NCBI RefSeq assembly: GCF_000006765.1
Contig: NC_002516.2
Strand: one strand, 5' to 3'
From: Pseudomonas aeruginosa PAO1
GTDB taxonomy: Bacteria; Pseudomonadota; Gammaproteobacteria; Pseudomonadales; Pseudomonadaceae
Length of the DNA: 64,000 bases
The translations under genes were made by a program, and so were the position numbers. The notes below the pieces were generated by a model that had not been told where the DNA came from, did not search any database, and saw only the letters and a program-made list of their open reading frames with translations. Shown here piece after piece: positions 50,964 to 62,870 of this stretch (position 1 is the stretch's first letter; every line of letters begins with the position of its first letter).

Positions 50964-53156
50964 ATGAAAAAGCACTCCACGGCCCGCCGCGTCCTCGCGC
51001 TGGGTCTCAACCTCACCCTGGCCGGCGTTCCGGCCTTGCTCTGGGCCGATGAGGAACCCACCGAACTGCCCGCCCTCACCGTCAGCGCCGGCGCCGCCGG
51101 GGAAACCCCGCCGGCCCTCGATCTCGACGACAGCGCCGGCGGCGGCTCGCGCCTGGGCCTGAGCCTGCGCGAGACTCCCGGCTCGGTAAGCGTGGCCAAC
51201 CGTGCCAGCTTCGAGCGGCGCGGCCTGCGCAGCACCCAGGACATCGCCAACAGCCTGCCCGGCGTGAACGCCTCGGCGCCGCCCGGCTTCGGCGGCTTCG
51301 TCACCTACCGCGGCTTCAGCTCGAACCAGGTCAACCAGTTGTTCAACGGCATTCCGGTGCAATACAGCAGCGCCATGCGTCCGCTGGACGACTGGATCGT
51401 CGACCGCGTCGAGCTGGTCGGCGGTCCGTCCTCCTTCCTCAACGGCGCCGGTGCCGTCGGCGGCTCGCTGGACTACATCAGCAAGCTCGCCGACCGCTAC
51501 GGCGATTTCATGGAAGGCCGGGTGCGCTACGGCAGCTACGACGATTCGGAAGTCGCCTTCGGCTTCAACCAGGCCCTGGGCATCGGCCCCGAGCCGAAGC
51601 ACTTCGTGCGCCTGGACGTCAGCCGCAGCGGCGGCAACGGCTACGTCGACCGCAATTCGCGCGAATCGTGGAACGTCGCTTTCTCCCTGCTCAGCGACCT
51701 GACCCCGGACCTTTCCCACACCCTGGCCCTGGAGTACCAGGACGAGCAGGAAGACAGCCCCTACTGGGGCACACCGGTGCTCAATCCCTACGCCGGCGAG
51801 CTGAAGATCGACAAGAGCCGTCGCCGCGAGAACTACAACGTCGCCGATGGCCGCTACGAACAGCGCGTGCGCTGGCTGCGCTCGATCCTCGAATACCGGG
51901 TCAGCGACAGCACGCGCTGGCGCAACACCTTCTACCACTACGACGCCGAGCGCGATTACCGCAACCTCGAGACCTACCGCTACAACGCCGACAACAGCGG
52001 GGTGGTGCGCTCCAACGCATTCCTCCAGCGCCACGACCAGCAGCTCAACGGCAACCGCTTCGAGCTACAGCACAGCCAGCCGCTGTTCGGACTGGCCAGC
52101 GACTGGGCGCTGGGCTTCGACTACAGCATCAACAAGCAGACGCGCTTCCCGAGTACCGCCTCCGGGCCGTTCGGTACGGTCGATCCGGCCAGTTTCGAGC
52201 CGGGCCACTTCTACGACCTGCCGGGCATGCGTCCCGGCCACCGGAAGGACCGCAGCAACGAGGTGCGCACCAGCGCGTTGTTCGCCGAGAACCGCCTGGG
52301 CCTGACCGACGAGCTGTCGCTGGTCACCGGGCTGCGCTACGACCACCTCGACCTCGACGTGCGCAACCATCGGGTACCCGACAAGGACAATCCCGCACAC
52401 TTCGAACGGCGCTGGGACGTGGTCACCGGGCGCGCCGGGCTGGTCTACCAGTTCACCCCGCACGCCAACGTCTACCTGCAATACAGTACCGCCGCCGACC
52501 CGCCGGGCGGGGTGCTGACCAGCGCCAGCTTCGGCCAGGTCCGCGACTACGACCTGTCCACCGGCGACCAGTGGGAGCTGGGCAGCAAGTTCGATTTCCT
52601 CGACGGTCGCGGCAGTGCCACCCTGGCCGCCTACCGCATCGTCCGCCGGGACTTCTCGGTGGCCGACCCGAACAACCCCAACCTCAGCGTGCCGGTGGGC
52701 CAGCAGACCTCCAGGGGCATCGAGGCCGCCGCCTCCCTGCGGATCACCCCGAAGCTGCTGGCCGAGGGCAATTTCGCCTGGGTCGACGCGCAGTACGACG
52801 AGTTCACCGAGAACGTCGGCGGCGTCGCCGTCTCGCGTAAGGGCAAGACGCCGCCGAACGTGCCGGAGCGGGTCGGCAACCTGTGGCTGACCTACGACTT
52901 CGACCCGGCCTGGCAGGGCGGGGTGGACGCGCGCTACGTGTCCTCGGTGTACGCCAACAACGCCAACACCTGGCACGTGCCGTCCTACACGGTCTACGGG
53001 ACTTTCCTCAGCTACCGGCTGGACGAGCGCACGCGGATCACCGGGCGCGTGCGCAACCTCACCGACGAGGTCTACGCGCGCTTCGTGCAGAGCACGCCGC
53101 TGTACTACGTCGGCGACCCGCGCACCTTCGAGCTGAGCGTGCAGACGCGCTTCTGA
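50964..53156 (+). CDS. TonB-dependent outer membrane receptor (metal/metallophore uptake)
   Basis: AGGAT RBS; signal peptide; TonB box ELPALTVSA; plug LSLRETPGSVSV..IANSLPGV..RGF..DRVELVGGPSSFLNG; C-terminal RTFELSVQTRF; 730 aa. Confidence 0.95.
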   Translation: MKKHSTARRVLALGLNLTLAGVPALLWADEEPTELPALTVSAGAAGETPPALDLDDSAGGGSRLGLSLRETPGSVSVANRASFERRGLRSTQDIANSLPGVNASAPPGFGGFVTYRGFSSNQVNQLFNGIPVQYSSAMRPLDDWIVDRVELVGGPSSFLNGAGAVGGSLDYISKLADRYGDFMEGRVRYGSYDDSEVAFGFNQALGIGPEPKHFVRLDVSRSGGNGYVDRNSRESWNVAFSLLSDLTPDLSHTLALEYQDEQEDSPYWGTPVLNPYAGELKIDKSRRRENYNVADGRYEQRVRWLRSILEYRVSDSTRWRNTFYHYDAERDYRNLETYRYNADNSGVVRSNAFLQRHDQQLNGNRFELQHSQPLFGLASDWALGFDYSINKQTRFPSTASGPFGTVDPASFEPGHFYDLPGMRPGHRKDRSNEVRTSALFAENRLGLTDELSLVTGLRYDHLDLDVRNHRVPDKDNPAHFERRWDVVTGRAGLVYQFTPHANVYLQYSTAADPPGGVLTSASFGQVRDYDLSTGDQWELGSKFDFLDGRGSATLAAYRIVRRDFSVADPNNPNLSVPVGQQTSRGIEAAASLRITPKLLAEGNFAWVDAQYDEFTENVGGVAVSRKGKTPPNVPERVGNLWLTYDFDPAWQGGVDARYVSSVYANNANTWHVPSYTVYGTFLSYRLDERTRITGRVRNLTDEVYARFVQSTPLYYVGDPRTFELSVQTRF

Positions 53157-53166
53157 GGAGTCGTCG

Positions 53167-54645
53167 ATGAAACGCTACCTGTACCTGTGGCACCGCTGGC
53201 TGGGCATCGGCTGCTGCCTGCTGATGGTGCTCTGGTTCGTCTCCGGCATGGTCATGCTGTATGTCGGCTATCCCAAGCTGACTCCGCTGGAACGCCTGGC
53301 CCACCTGCCCGAGCTGGACGGCTGCGAGGCCTGCGTACCGCTGCGGACGGCCCTCGCCGGCAGCGATGGAAAGACCCCGCGGAGCATCCGGCTGGCCAGC
53401 GTAGGAGGCCTGCCGACCTACCTGCTGGACGATGCCGACGGACGCACGCGTGCGCTGGCGGCGCGCGACGGCCGACCGCTGGCGGTGGACGCGGACAGGG
53501 TGCTGGCTTCGGCCCGTGCTTTCAGCGGCGAAGTACCGATGCAGTTGCAAGGGCGGTTCGAGGAAGACGCCTGGACCCATACCCGCAACCTCGATCCGCA
53601 CCGGCCGCTATGGCGGGTGCAGACCGCGGACGAGCAGGGCCGGCTGCTCTACCTGTCCTCGCAGACCGGCGAGGTGGTACGCGACGCCAGCCGCCGGGAG
53701 CGTGCCTGGAACTGGCTCGGCGCCTGGTTGCACTGGCTCTATCCGCTGCGCGGCGGCTGGTTCGACGGGCAGTGGGCGAACCTGGTGATCGGCCTGTCGC
53801 TGCTGGCGACCCTGGTGACCGTCCTCGGCATCCTCGTCGGCCTGCTCCGCTGGCGCTTCCGCAAGCCCTACCGCAGCGGCTCGCGCTCGCCCTATGCGGG
53901 CGGTTTCCAGCGCTGGCACCACCTCGCCGGCCTGCTCTTCGGCGCGCTGGTGCTGAGCTGGATCTTCAGCGGGCTGATGTCGATGAATCCGTGGAACCTG
54001 TTCGGCCGCGGCACGCCGCTCGACCTCGCGGCCTACCAGGGCGGTAGCTGGGACCGGGCGCTGCCCGCCGGACTGGAGGCGGACGCTGTCCTGCGACGCT
54101 TGCGTGCCGCCGGGTTGCGGGTGCGCGAGCTGGAGTGGCGGGCGCTCGACGGCGAGCCCTATGCGCTCGGGCGCAGCGCCAGCGGCAACAGCCTGCTGCT
54201 GACGGCGGATGGCGAAATCCTCCGCGAGCTACCCGCGGATCGCCTGCTGGCGGCGGCTCGCGCGCTGCTGCCGGGCGTGCCGATGCAGGCCGAACGGTTG
54301 GAACGCTACGACTTCTATTACTACCCGCGCGAAGAACACAGCATGATGGGCTACCTGGAGCGGCGCCTGCCGGTCTGGCGCCTGCGTTTCGACGATTCCC
54401 GGCATACCTGGGTGCACCTGGATCCCTACAGCGGCGCGGTGGTTGGCGTGCTCGACGACGGTCGGCGCGGCAGCCGCTGGCTGTTTTCCCTGTTGCATAG
54501 CTGGGACTGGCTGCCGCTGCTGACCCGGCGTCCGCTGTGGGACCTGTGGATGCTCGGTTTCAGCCTCGGCGGCCTGGTGGTCTGCGCCAGCGGCTGCTGG
54601 ATCGGCTGGCGTCGCCTGCGCGGCCGCCGTCCGAAGCGTCGCTGA
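53167..54645 (+). CDS. PepSY-associated TM helix domain protein (putative inner-membrane metal reductase)
   Basis: YLWHRWLG, WLHWLY, RWHHLAGL, SLLHSWDW His motifs with periplasmic PepSY segments; GAGGAG RBS. Confidence 0.88.
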   Translation: MKRYLYLWHRWLGIGCCLLMVLWFVSGMVMLYVGYPKLTPLERLAHLPELDGCEACVPLRTALAGSDGKTPRSIRLASVGGLPTYLLDDADGRTRALAARDGRPLAVDADRVLASARAFSGEVPMQLQGRFEEDAWTHTRNLDPHRPLWRVQTADEQGRLLYLSSQTGEVVRDASRRERAWNWLGAWLHWLYPLRGGWFDGQWANLVIGLSLLATLVTVLGILVGLLRWRFRKPYRSGSRSPYAGGFQRWHHLAGLLFGALVLSWIFSGLMSMNPWNLFGRGTPLDLAAYQGGSWDRALPAGLEADAVLRRLRAAGLRVRELEWRALDGEPYALGRSASGNSLLLTADGEILRELPADRLLAAARALLPGVPMQAERLERYDFYYYPREEHSMMGYLERRLPVWRLRFDDSRHTWVHLDPYSGAVVGVLDDGRRGSRWLFSLLHSWDWLPLLTRRPLWDLWMLGFSLGGLVVCASGCWIGWRRLRGRRPKRR

Positions 54646-54729
54646 GAGGGGCTACCTGGCAAGACTGGGCGTCGCCGCACGCCCGGATTTGCTGGTAGCC
54701 TTGGTTGAATTCGCAGTAATGGATCGCAC

Positions 54730-55350
54730 ATGGGCACACACAAGATCGAGATCCGCCGCCGCAACGTCGAGAAGATTCTCCTGGCCGCCGAAAAAGTCTT
54801 CGCCGAAAAAGGCTACGCCGGCACCTCCATGGGCAACATCGCCGAAGAAGCCGAACTGCCGCGCTCCAACCTGCACTACTACTTCAGCACCAAGGACGAG
54901 CTGTACCGCGACGTCCTCCTCGGCCTGCTCGAGGTCTGGAAGCAGGACGCCCTCTGCTTCGAGATGTTCGATGACCCAAGGGTGGTATTGACCAGCTATA
55001 TCCGCGCGAAGATGAACCATTCGCGCACCCGCCCGCATGGCTCCAAGGTCTGGGCCAACGAAATCATGCATGGCGCGCCGCTGCTCGGCGCCACCCTCGA
55101 CGACAGCCTCTACGAATGGGCCAAGATGAAGGAGGCGAAGATCCGCCAGTGGGTCGAGGAAAAGCGCATCCTGTCGATAGAACCTAGCAGCCTGCTCTAC
55201 ATGATCTGGGCCTCCACCCAGCACTACGCCGACTTCGGCTACCAGGTCGAGGTGCTCAACGGCCACCAGCCGCTCAGCGACATGCAGTTCGAAAGGGCGG
55301 TGCAGACGGTGACCAGCGTGGTCCTGCGCGGAATCGGATTGGAGCCCTGA
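54730..55350 (+). CDS. TetR family regulator, RutR/PydR-like
   Basis: HTH AAEKVFAEKGYAGTSMGNIAEEAELPRSNLHYYFSTKDELY; C-terminal WANEIMHGAP and IWASTQHYADF typical of RutR; adjacent to pyrimidine catabolism genes. Confidence 0.88.
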   Translation: MGTHKIEIRRRNVEKILLAAEKVFAEKGYAGTSMGNIAEEAELPRSNLHYYFSTKDELYRDVLLGLLEVWKQDALCFEMFDDPRVVLTSYIRAKMNHSRTRPHGSKVWANEIMHGAPLLGATLDDSLYEWAKMKEAKIRQWVEEKRILSIEPSSLLYMIWASTQHYADFGYQVEVLNGHQPLSDMQFERAVQTVTSVVLRGIGLEP

Positions 55351-55354
55351 GCAG

Positions 55355-55378
55355 CGGAGCCTTCGCTAGAAGGCTCCG
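55355..55378. terminator. Hairpin between convergent tetR and codA
   Basis: CGGAGCCTTC-GCTA-GAAGGCTCCG 10-bp stem; no clear U-tract. Confidence 0.5.
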
Positions 55379-55386
55379 GCGAAGGC

Positions 55387-56658
55387 TCAGCTGGCGCGGG
55401 TGAAGTCCACCGCTTCCGCCTGTTCGAGGAACACCGTGGTCTGCGCCGGGACCGTCTCGGCGAGCAGCCGTCCGCCGCGGATCGAGTAGCGCACCGGGAC
55501 CTGCCGGCGCACCGCGTCGAAGCCGTCGCGGGCCGGCAGCACCAGCAGGTTGGCCGGATGGCCGACCTCGATGCCGTATTCCCGCAGGCCGAGGGTGCGG
55601 GCGCTGTTGCGGGTGATCAGGTCGAGGCCGCCGTCGATCTCGTCGTAGCCCATCATCTGCGTCACGTGCAGGCCCATGTGCAGCACCTGCAGCATGTTCG
55701 CGGTGCCCAGCGGGTACCAGGGGTCGAACACGTCGTCGTGGCCGAAGCAGGTGTTGATCCCGGCGCCGAGCAGTTCCTTGACCCGGGTGATGCCGCGGCG
55801 CTTCGGGTAGTCGTCGAAGCGACCCTGCAGGTGGATGTTCACCAGCGGGTTGGCGACGAAGTTGATTCCCGACAGTTTCAGCAGGCGGAACAGCCGCGAG
55901 GTGTAGGCGCCGTTGTAGGAGTGCATCGCCGTGGTGTGGCTGGCGGTGACCCGTGCGCCGAGGCCGTCGCGATGGGCGAGCATGGCCAGGGTCTCGAGGA
56001 AGCGCGACTGCTCGTCGTCGATCTCGTCGCAATGCACGTCCACCGGCAGGTCGTAGCGCTTGGCCAGGTCGATGGCCTTGTGCAGCGACTCGACGCCCAG
56101 CTCGCGGGTGAATTCGAAATGCGGGATCGCCCCCACCACGTCGGCGCCCAGGCGCAGCGACTCCTCCAGCAGTTCCAGGCCGTTGGGGTAGGAGAGAATG
56201 CCCTCCTGAGGGAAGGCGACGATCTGCAGGTCGACCCAGGGCGCCACTTCGCCGCGCACCTCGAGCATGGCCTTGAGCGCGGTGAGGGTCGGGTCGGAGA
56301 CGTCGACGTGGCTGCGCACGTGCTGCACGCCGTTGGCGATCTGCCATTTCAGGGTCTGCCAGGCGCGCTGCTTGACGTCCTCGTGGCTGAGCAGGGCCTT
56401 GCGCTGGGCCCAGCGCTCGATGCCTTCGAACAGCGTGCCGGAGCGGTTCCACTCCGGCTGGCCGGCGGTCTGGGTGGTGTCGAGATGGATGTGCGGCTCG
56501 ATGAACGGCGGCACGGCAAGACCGCCGGCGCCGTCCAGGCGCTCGCCGGCGTCGTCGGCGGCCTGTTCCATCGGCACCAGGGCGGCGATACGGCCATCGG
56601 CGACGCGCAGTTGCCAGAGACCTTCGCGGCCGCGCAGGCGCAGGTTGTCAATCAGCAT
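55387..56658 (-). CDS. codA: Cytosine deaminase
   Basis: [11 protein letters not shown] (HxH), [43 protein letters not shown]; 423 aa. Confidence 0.97.
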   Translation of the reverse strand: MLIDNLRLRGREGLWQLRVADGRIAALVPMEQAADDAGERLDGAGGLAVPPFIEPHIHLDTTQTAGQPEWNRSGTLFEGIERWAQRKALLSHEDVKQRAWQTLKWQIANGVQHVRSHVDVSDPTLTALKAMLEVRGEVAPWVDLQIVAFPQEGILSYPNGLELLEESLRLGADVVGAIPHFEFTRELGVESLHKAIDLAKRYDLPVDVHCDEIDDEQSRFLETLAMLAHRDGLGARVTASHTTAMHSYNGAYTSRLFRLLKLSGINFVANPLVNIHLQGRFDDYPKRRGITRVKELLGAGINTCFGHDDVFDPWYPLGTANMLQVLHMGLHVTQMMGYDEIDGGLDLITRNSARTLGLREYGIEVGHPANLLVLPARDGFDAVRRQVPVRYSIRGGRLLAETVPAQTTVFLEQAEAVDFTRAS

Positions 56659-57898
56659 GGAGGACCTCTTCTGGTTTGTTCGGGCTGCGGCTCAGCAGGG
56701 GATTGAGCAACAGGTAGGCGATGGCGGCGCCGAGCACCGCGTTGACCGGCACTATCCCCGGCAGCCAGTGGCCGGCGGCGGTGCCGCAAGCGACGGCGAG
56801 GATCGCCGCCCAGTTGATCGCCTGGATGTCCGCGCAGGGGTGCTGGCGGTAGCGCCGGCGGCGACTCAGGTAGTCGGCGATGATCACCCCGCCGATGGGC
56901 GGGATGGCGGCGGAGAGGAAGGTCAGCCAGCCGACGAAGTGGTTGTACAGCCAGAGCGCGGCGAGGGTGCCGAGGGCGCCGTTGAGCATCGCCAGGAAGC
57001 GGCTGGAGAGGCCGGTGATGTTGGCGAAGCCGAGGCCGGAGGCATACAGCGCGTTGTCGTTGGTGGTCCAGATGTTCAGGCCGAGGACCAGGATCGCCGG
57101 GATCAGCAGGCCCTGGGCGATCATCACGTCGGAGATGTCCGACTTGCCCACCGCCGCCGCGCCGGCCGCGCCGAAGATGAACATCAGCGAGTTGCCGAGG
57201 AAGAACGCCACCAGGCACACCACCACGGCGGTACGCGCGCTGCGGCCGAAGCGGACGAAGTCGGCGGTGAGGGTGCCGGCGCTGACGAACGAGCCGACCA
57301 CCAGGGCGATCGCGGTCGAGAGGCTCAGCGGCGCGCTCGGCGTCACCTGCTGCAGCGCCGCCAGGCCGCCGGCGTCGCGCACCGCGAGCCATACCGAGTA
57401 GCTGCCGAGAACGACGATCGCCGGGACCGCGATGGCCGACAGCAGGGTCAGACCGGCGATGCCGAAGAACACCGTGAGGGTCATAAGCGCTCCGGAAACC
57501 AGGATCAGCAGGTTGACGTCGAGGCCGGTGGCCTTGGCCACCGGGATGGCGAACATCGCTACGCCGACGCCGAACCAGCCGACCTGGGTGCCGCCGAGCA
57601 ACGCCGAGGGCAGCCAGGAGCCCTTGCTGCCGAACGAGTAATGCGCCAGCAGGTGGGTGGAAAGGCCGGTGCGCGCGCCGATGAAGCCGAGGATCGCGGT
57701 GTACAGGCCGAGCATCAGGTTGCCCAGCAGCACGGCGAGGAAGAAGTCGTCGTAGCTCAGGCCGGTGCCGAGGGTGCCGCCGGTCCACATGCTGGCGGAA
57801 AAGAAGGTCAGGCCGAGCATCACCACGCTCAGGGCCAGCGCGCTCTTGCGCGCCGCCAGCGGGACCGGTTGCTGGCTGTAGTTGCTGTCTGCGGACAT
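56648..57898 (-). CDS. codB: Cytosine permease
   Basis: [52 protein letters not shown]; overlaps the codA start. Confidence 0.95.
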   Translation of the reverse strand: MSADSNYSQQPVPLAARKSALALSVVMLGLTFFSASMWTGGTLGTGLSYDDFFLAVLLGNLMLGLYTAILGFIGARTGLSTHLLAHYSFGSKGSWLPSALLGGTQVGWFGVGVAMFAIPVAKATGLDVNLLILVSGALMTLTVFFGIAGLTLLSAIAVPAIVVLGSYSVWLAVRDAGGLAALQQVTPSAPLSLSTAIALVVGSFVSAGTLTADFVRFGRSARTAVVVCLVAFFLGNSLMFIFGAAGAAAVGKSDISDVMIAQGLLIPAILVLGLNIWTTNDNALYASGLGFANITGLSSRFLAMLNGALGTLAALWLYNHFVGWLTFLSAAIPPIGGVIIADYLSRRRRYRQHPCADIQAINWAAILAVACGTAAGHWLPGIVPVNAVLGAAIAYLLLNPLLSRSPNKPEEVLHAD

Positions 57899-58079
57899 GC
57901 GCGAGTCTCCGTGGGGCGCCGGCCGTCCGGGAGCGTCGGCCGGGCCGCGGCGAATGGTAGTCGAAGGCGGGTCGATCCGACAGACGCCGTTGCGCGTCGT
58001 CGGACCGCAGCGGCACGCAGGAAGCGTGCCGGCGCGCGGCAGGGCGGCGTCCGCCGGGGATGCGGGCGCCGCCCTGCGT

Positions 58080-59354
58080 TCAGGAGGCTTCGCGGTAGGG
58101 GTTGCGCGGATCCTGGGTCCAGTTGAGATAGGGCTTGCCGGTGTCCTGCGGCACCATTTCGATGCAGTTCTCCACCGGACAGGTGATCTGGCACAGGTTG
58201 CAGCCCACGCACTCGGCGTCGATCACTTCGTAGCGGTGCGTACCGTCGGCCCGGGGCAGGCTGGCGATGGCCTGGTGCGAGGTGTCCTCGCAGGCGATAT
58301 GGCAGCGGCCGCAACCGATGCAGGCGTCCTGGTCGATGCGGGCGATCACCTGGTAGTTGATGTCCAGGTACTTCCAGTCGGTGGTATTGCCCACCGCGCC
58401 GCCGCTGAAATCGGACAGCCGCTGGTAGCCATGGCTGTCCATCCAGCGCGCGAGACCGTCCTGCATGTCCTCGACGATACGGAAGCCGTGCAGCATCGCC
58501 GCCGTGCATACCTGCACCGCGCCGCAGCCGAGCGCGACGAATTCCGCTGCGTCGCGCCAACTGCCGATACCGCCGATGCCACAGATCGGCAGGCCGCGGG
58601 TCTGCGGGTCGCGGGCGATCTCGGCGACCATGTTCAGGGCGATCGGCTTCACCGCCGAGCCGCAGTAGCCGCCGTGGGTGCTCTGGGTGCCGACCACGGG
58701 CAGGGCGACCATGCGCTCCAGGTCGACGCTGGTGATCGAGTTGATGGTGTTGATCAGCGACACCGCGTCGGCGCCGCCGCGATGGGCGGCGCGCGCCGAC
58801 TGGCGGATGTCGGTGATGTTGGGGGTGAGCTTGACGATCACCGGCAGCGAGCAGTGGGCCTTGCACCAGCGGGTGACCATCTCCACGTACTCCGGTACCT
58901 GGCCCACCGCCGCGCCCATGCCGCGCTCGGGCATGCCGTGGGGGCAACCGAAGTTCAGCTCGATACCGTCGGCGCCGGTGGCTTCCACCAGCGGCAGGAT
59001 GTATTTCCACGACTCCTCGACGCAGGGCACCATCAGCGACACGATCAGCGCGCGGTCTGGCCAGTCCTTCTTCACCTGGGCGATCTCGCGCAGGTTGATC
59101 TCCAGCGAGCGGTCGGTGATCAGCTCGATGTTGTTGATCCCCTGCACCTGGCGGTTCGGTCCGAAGTGCGCGGAATAACGCGACGACACGTTGACCGCCG
59201 CGGGGTCTTCGCCGAGGGTCTTCCAGACCACCCCGCCCCAGCCCGCCTGGTAGGCGCGGACCACGTTGTAGGCCTTGTCGGTGGGCGGCGCGGAGGCCAG
59301 CCAGAAGGGGTTGGGCGACTTGATGCCGGCGAATTCGATAGACAGGTCGGCCAT
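58080..59354 (-). CDS. preA: Dihydropyrimidine dehydrogenase subunit PreA (FMN + 4Fe-4S)
   Basis: NPFWLASAPPT, NNIELITD, ELNFGCPHGM, VKLTPN, SLINTINS, HGGYCG; C-terminal CIGCGRC and CVGCNLC ferredoxin motifs; TGATG overlap with the preT stop. Confidence 0.93.
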   Translation of the reverse strand: MADLSIEFAGIKSPNPFWLASAPPTDKAYNVVRAYQAGWGGVVWKTLGEDPAAVNVSSRYSAHFGPNRQVQGINNIELITDRSLEINLREIAQVKKDWPDRALIVSLMVPCVEESWKYILPLVEATGADGIELNFGCPHGMPERGMGAAVGQVPEYVEMVTRWCKAHCSLPVIVKLTPNITDIRQSARAAHRGGADAVSLINTINSITSVDLERMVALPVVGTQSTHGGYCGSAVKPIALNMVAEIARDPQTRGLPICGIGGIGSWRDAAEFVALGCGAVQVCTAAMLHGFRIVEDMQDGLARWMDSHGYQRLSDFSGGAVGNTTDWKYLDINYQVIARIDQDACIGCGRCHIACEDTSHQAIASLPRADGTHRYEVIDAECVGCNLCQITCPVENCIEMVPQDTGKPYLNWTQDPRNPYREAS

Positions 59355-60721
59355 CACGCAGCCTCCACGTTGAGCATGAGTTGGGCGTGGATCGCTTCCG
59401 CCGCCAGTTTGCCGTGCTGCACCGCCTGCACGGTGAGGTCCTCGCCGAGCGCCACGCAGTCGCCGCCGGCGTAGATGCCGGGGATGCTGGTGCGCATCTG
59501 TCCGTCGACCTGGATGCGCTCGCCGTCGCGCCGCAGTTGCGCTGCCAGCGGATCGCCCAGGCTGGCGCCTTCGAAGGCCTGGCCGATGGCCTTGAAGATG
59601 GCGTCGGCGGCCAGTTCGAAGTGCTCGCCGGTGTCGCCCAGGCGACCGTTCTCCAGGCGCGTGCGGGCGAAGCGCATGCCGCGCACCCGGCCGTGCTCGT
59701 CGAGCAGTACCCGTTCCGGTCGGGCCCAGGTCAGCAGGCGCACCTGGCTGGCCTTGGCGATCTCCTGCTCATGGCCGGTGGCGCCCATTTCCTCGAAGCC
59801 ACGGCGGTAGACCAGGTTGACGTCGCGGGCGCCGAGCCGGCTCATCTGCACCGCCATGTCGATGGCGGTGTTGCCGGCGCCGATGACGATGCAACGGTCG
59901 GCGACGGGCAGGTCGAGCAGGTCGTCGCTCTGCCGCAGTTCGCGGATGTAGTCGGTGGCGGCGAGCAGGCCGGGGGCGTCCTCGTCTTCCAGGCCGAGGC
60001 GCTTGCTGGCGGCCAGGCCGATGCCGAGGAACACCGCGTCGTACTCGTCGTGCAGGGCGCCGAGCGCCAGGTTGTCGCCGAGACGCTGGCCGTGGCGCAG
60101 TTCGATACCGCCGATCTGCAGGAGGAATTCCACTTCGCGCCGGGCGAAGTCGTCCACCAGCTTGTAGCGGGCGATGCCGTACTCGTTGAGGCCGCCGGCC
60201 TTGGTGCGGGCCTCGAAGAGCACCACGTCGTGGCCGTGCATGGCCAGGCGGTGGGCGCAGGACAGCCCGGCCGGCCCGGCGCCGACCACGGCGATGCGCT
60301 TGCCGGTGGCCGGCGAGCGCTTGAACGGATGTTCGTCGAAGCCGGCGTGGTCGAGGGCGTAGCGTTGCAACTGGCCGATCAGCACCGGTGCGCATTCCTG
60401 GGCGTTGTTGCGTACGCAGGCCCGCTGGCAGAGGATTTCCGTGGGGCAGACGCGGGCGCAGCTGCCGCCGAGGATGTTCGCCGAGAGGATCTTCTGCGCC
60501 GCGCCCTGGACATTCTCCTGGGCGATGCTGCGGATGAACCCGGGGATGTCGATCTCGGTCGGGCAGGCGTTGACGCAGGGCGCGTCGTAGCAGTACAGGC
60601 AGCGGGCGCTTTCCAGGGCGGCCTGGCGGGCGTTGAGCGGCGGCGCGAGGTCGGCGAAGCGCTCGGCGAGCGTGTCCGCGCCGGCGTCCGGACGGGGGAG
60701 GTGGTTCAGGGAATCGATCAC
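59354..60721 (-). CDS. preT: Dihydropyrimidine dehydrogenase subunit PreT (GltD-like FAD/NADPH)
   Basis: RCLYCYDAPCVNACPTEIDIP, CARVCP..LCQ..C, VVGAGPAGL, VIGAGNTAID, YAGGD; GTG start. Confidence 0.92.
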   Translation of the reverse strand: MIDSLNHLPRPDAGADTLAERFADLAPPLNARQAALESARCLYCYDAPCVNACPTEIDIPGFIRSIAQENVQGAAQKILSANILGGSCARVCPTEILCQRACVRNNAQECAPVLIGQLQRYALDHAGFDEHPFKRSPATGKRIAVVGAGPAGLSCAHRLAMHGHDVVLFEARTKAGGLNEYGIARYKLVDDFARREVEFLLQIGGIELRHGQRLGDNLALGALHDEYDAVFLGIGLAASKRLGLEDEDAPGLLAATDYIRELRQSDDLLDLPVADRCIVIGAGNTAIDMAVQMSRLGARDVNLVYRRGFEEMGATGHEQEIAKASQVRLLTWARPERVLLDEHGRVRGMRFARTRLENGRLGDTGEHFELAADAIFKAIGQAFEGASLGDPLAAQLRRDGERIQVDGQMRTSIPGIYAGGDCVALGEDLTVQAVQHGKLAAEAIHAQLMLNVEAA

Positions 60722-60815
60722 GGTTGTAGCCTCTCTTCTGGTTTCTTCTCGGGGCAGTCAACGGCAATACGGCACCGTCCGGCCTCTACGGGCCGGTCCG
60801 GTATTGCGGGAAGGA

Positions 60816-62356
<1,541 letters not shown>

Positions 62357-62450
62357 CGAATCTAGATGCTGATCATCGATTGAGCAAGATTGTTTTCAAA
62401 TGGTTGTTTGAGTTTGTAACTTATTGATTTTAAATAATTAAAAATAAATA

Positions 62451-62482
62451 TCACCAAAATGGTGAGGGTTCTCACCATTTTG
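62451..62482. promoter_or_regulatory. Candidate RutR/PydR-type operator array in the dht-NCS1 divergent region
   Basis: TCACCA-AAA-TGGTGA (62451-62465) overlaps the 12-bp inverted repeat CAAAATGGTGAG-GGTT-CTCACCATTTTG; the ACCA..TGGT core resembles the E. coli RutR box TTGACCA-nn-TGGTCAA. Confidence 0.55.
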
Positions 62483-62870
62483 ACGCGCTTGACAAGAATT
62501 CAAAAAGGTCGAGATTTCCCATGCAAAATCAGCCGCTTGAAAGCCGTGTTCGAACGGTTGTGGGGAGATGAAAAAAGTTCGCCTGCACTCCTTTGGTTCC
62601 TGACCGGGGCGACAGGCTCGCGCATTTCCCCCGGTGACACGCCGGACTGCCCGTCGGCGTGTCACCGACGTTGTCGATGAAGTGTTTCAGATCAGTCGGT
62701 TACCTCCAGTAGACCGGCCTGCCCAGTGACGTCGCGGGGTTTTCGGCACGCTTATTGACTGCCGCCCGCCACGGCATTGTCCGGACCGGAGGTGCAGTAC
62801 TGGTGGTGCGGTACTCCGGCCATCGCATTAGCCCGATGAGCGAATAACTAAAAGAATTCTGGAGAGGCCC

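Noticed and set aside
57899-58079. GC-rich hairpins between preA and codB (and at 60763-60807 between dht and preT) as a possible riboswitch
   Set aside because: Simple stems with no recognisable aptamer consensus; more likely mRNA stability or processing elements. An Infernal/Rfam scan would be decisive.
62744-62758. Sigma54-like CGGCACG-N4-TTGA upstream of the NCS1 gene
   Set aside because: The -12 element is GA instead of the near-invariant GC; plausible for nitrogen control but not supportable from sequence alone.
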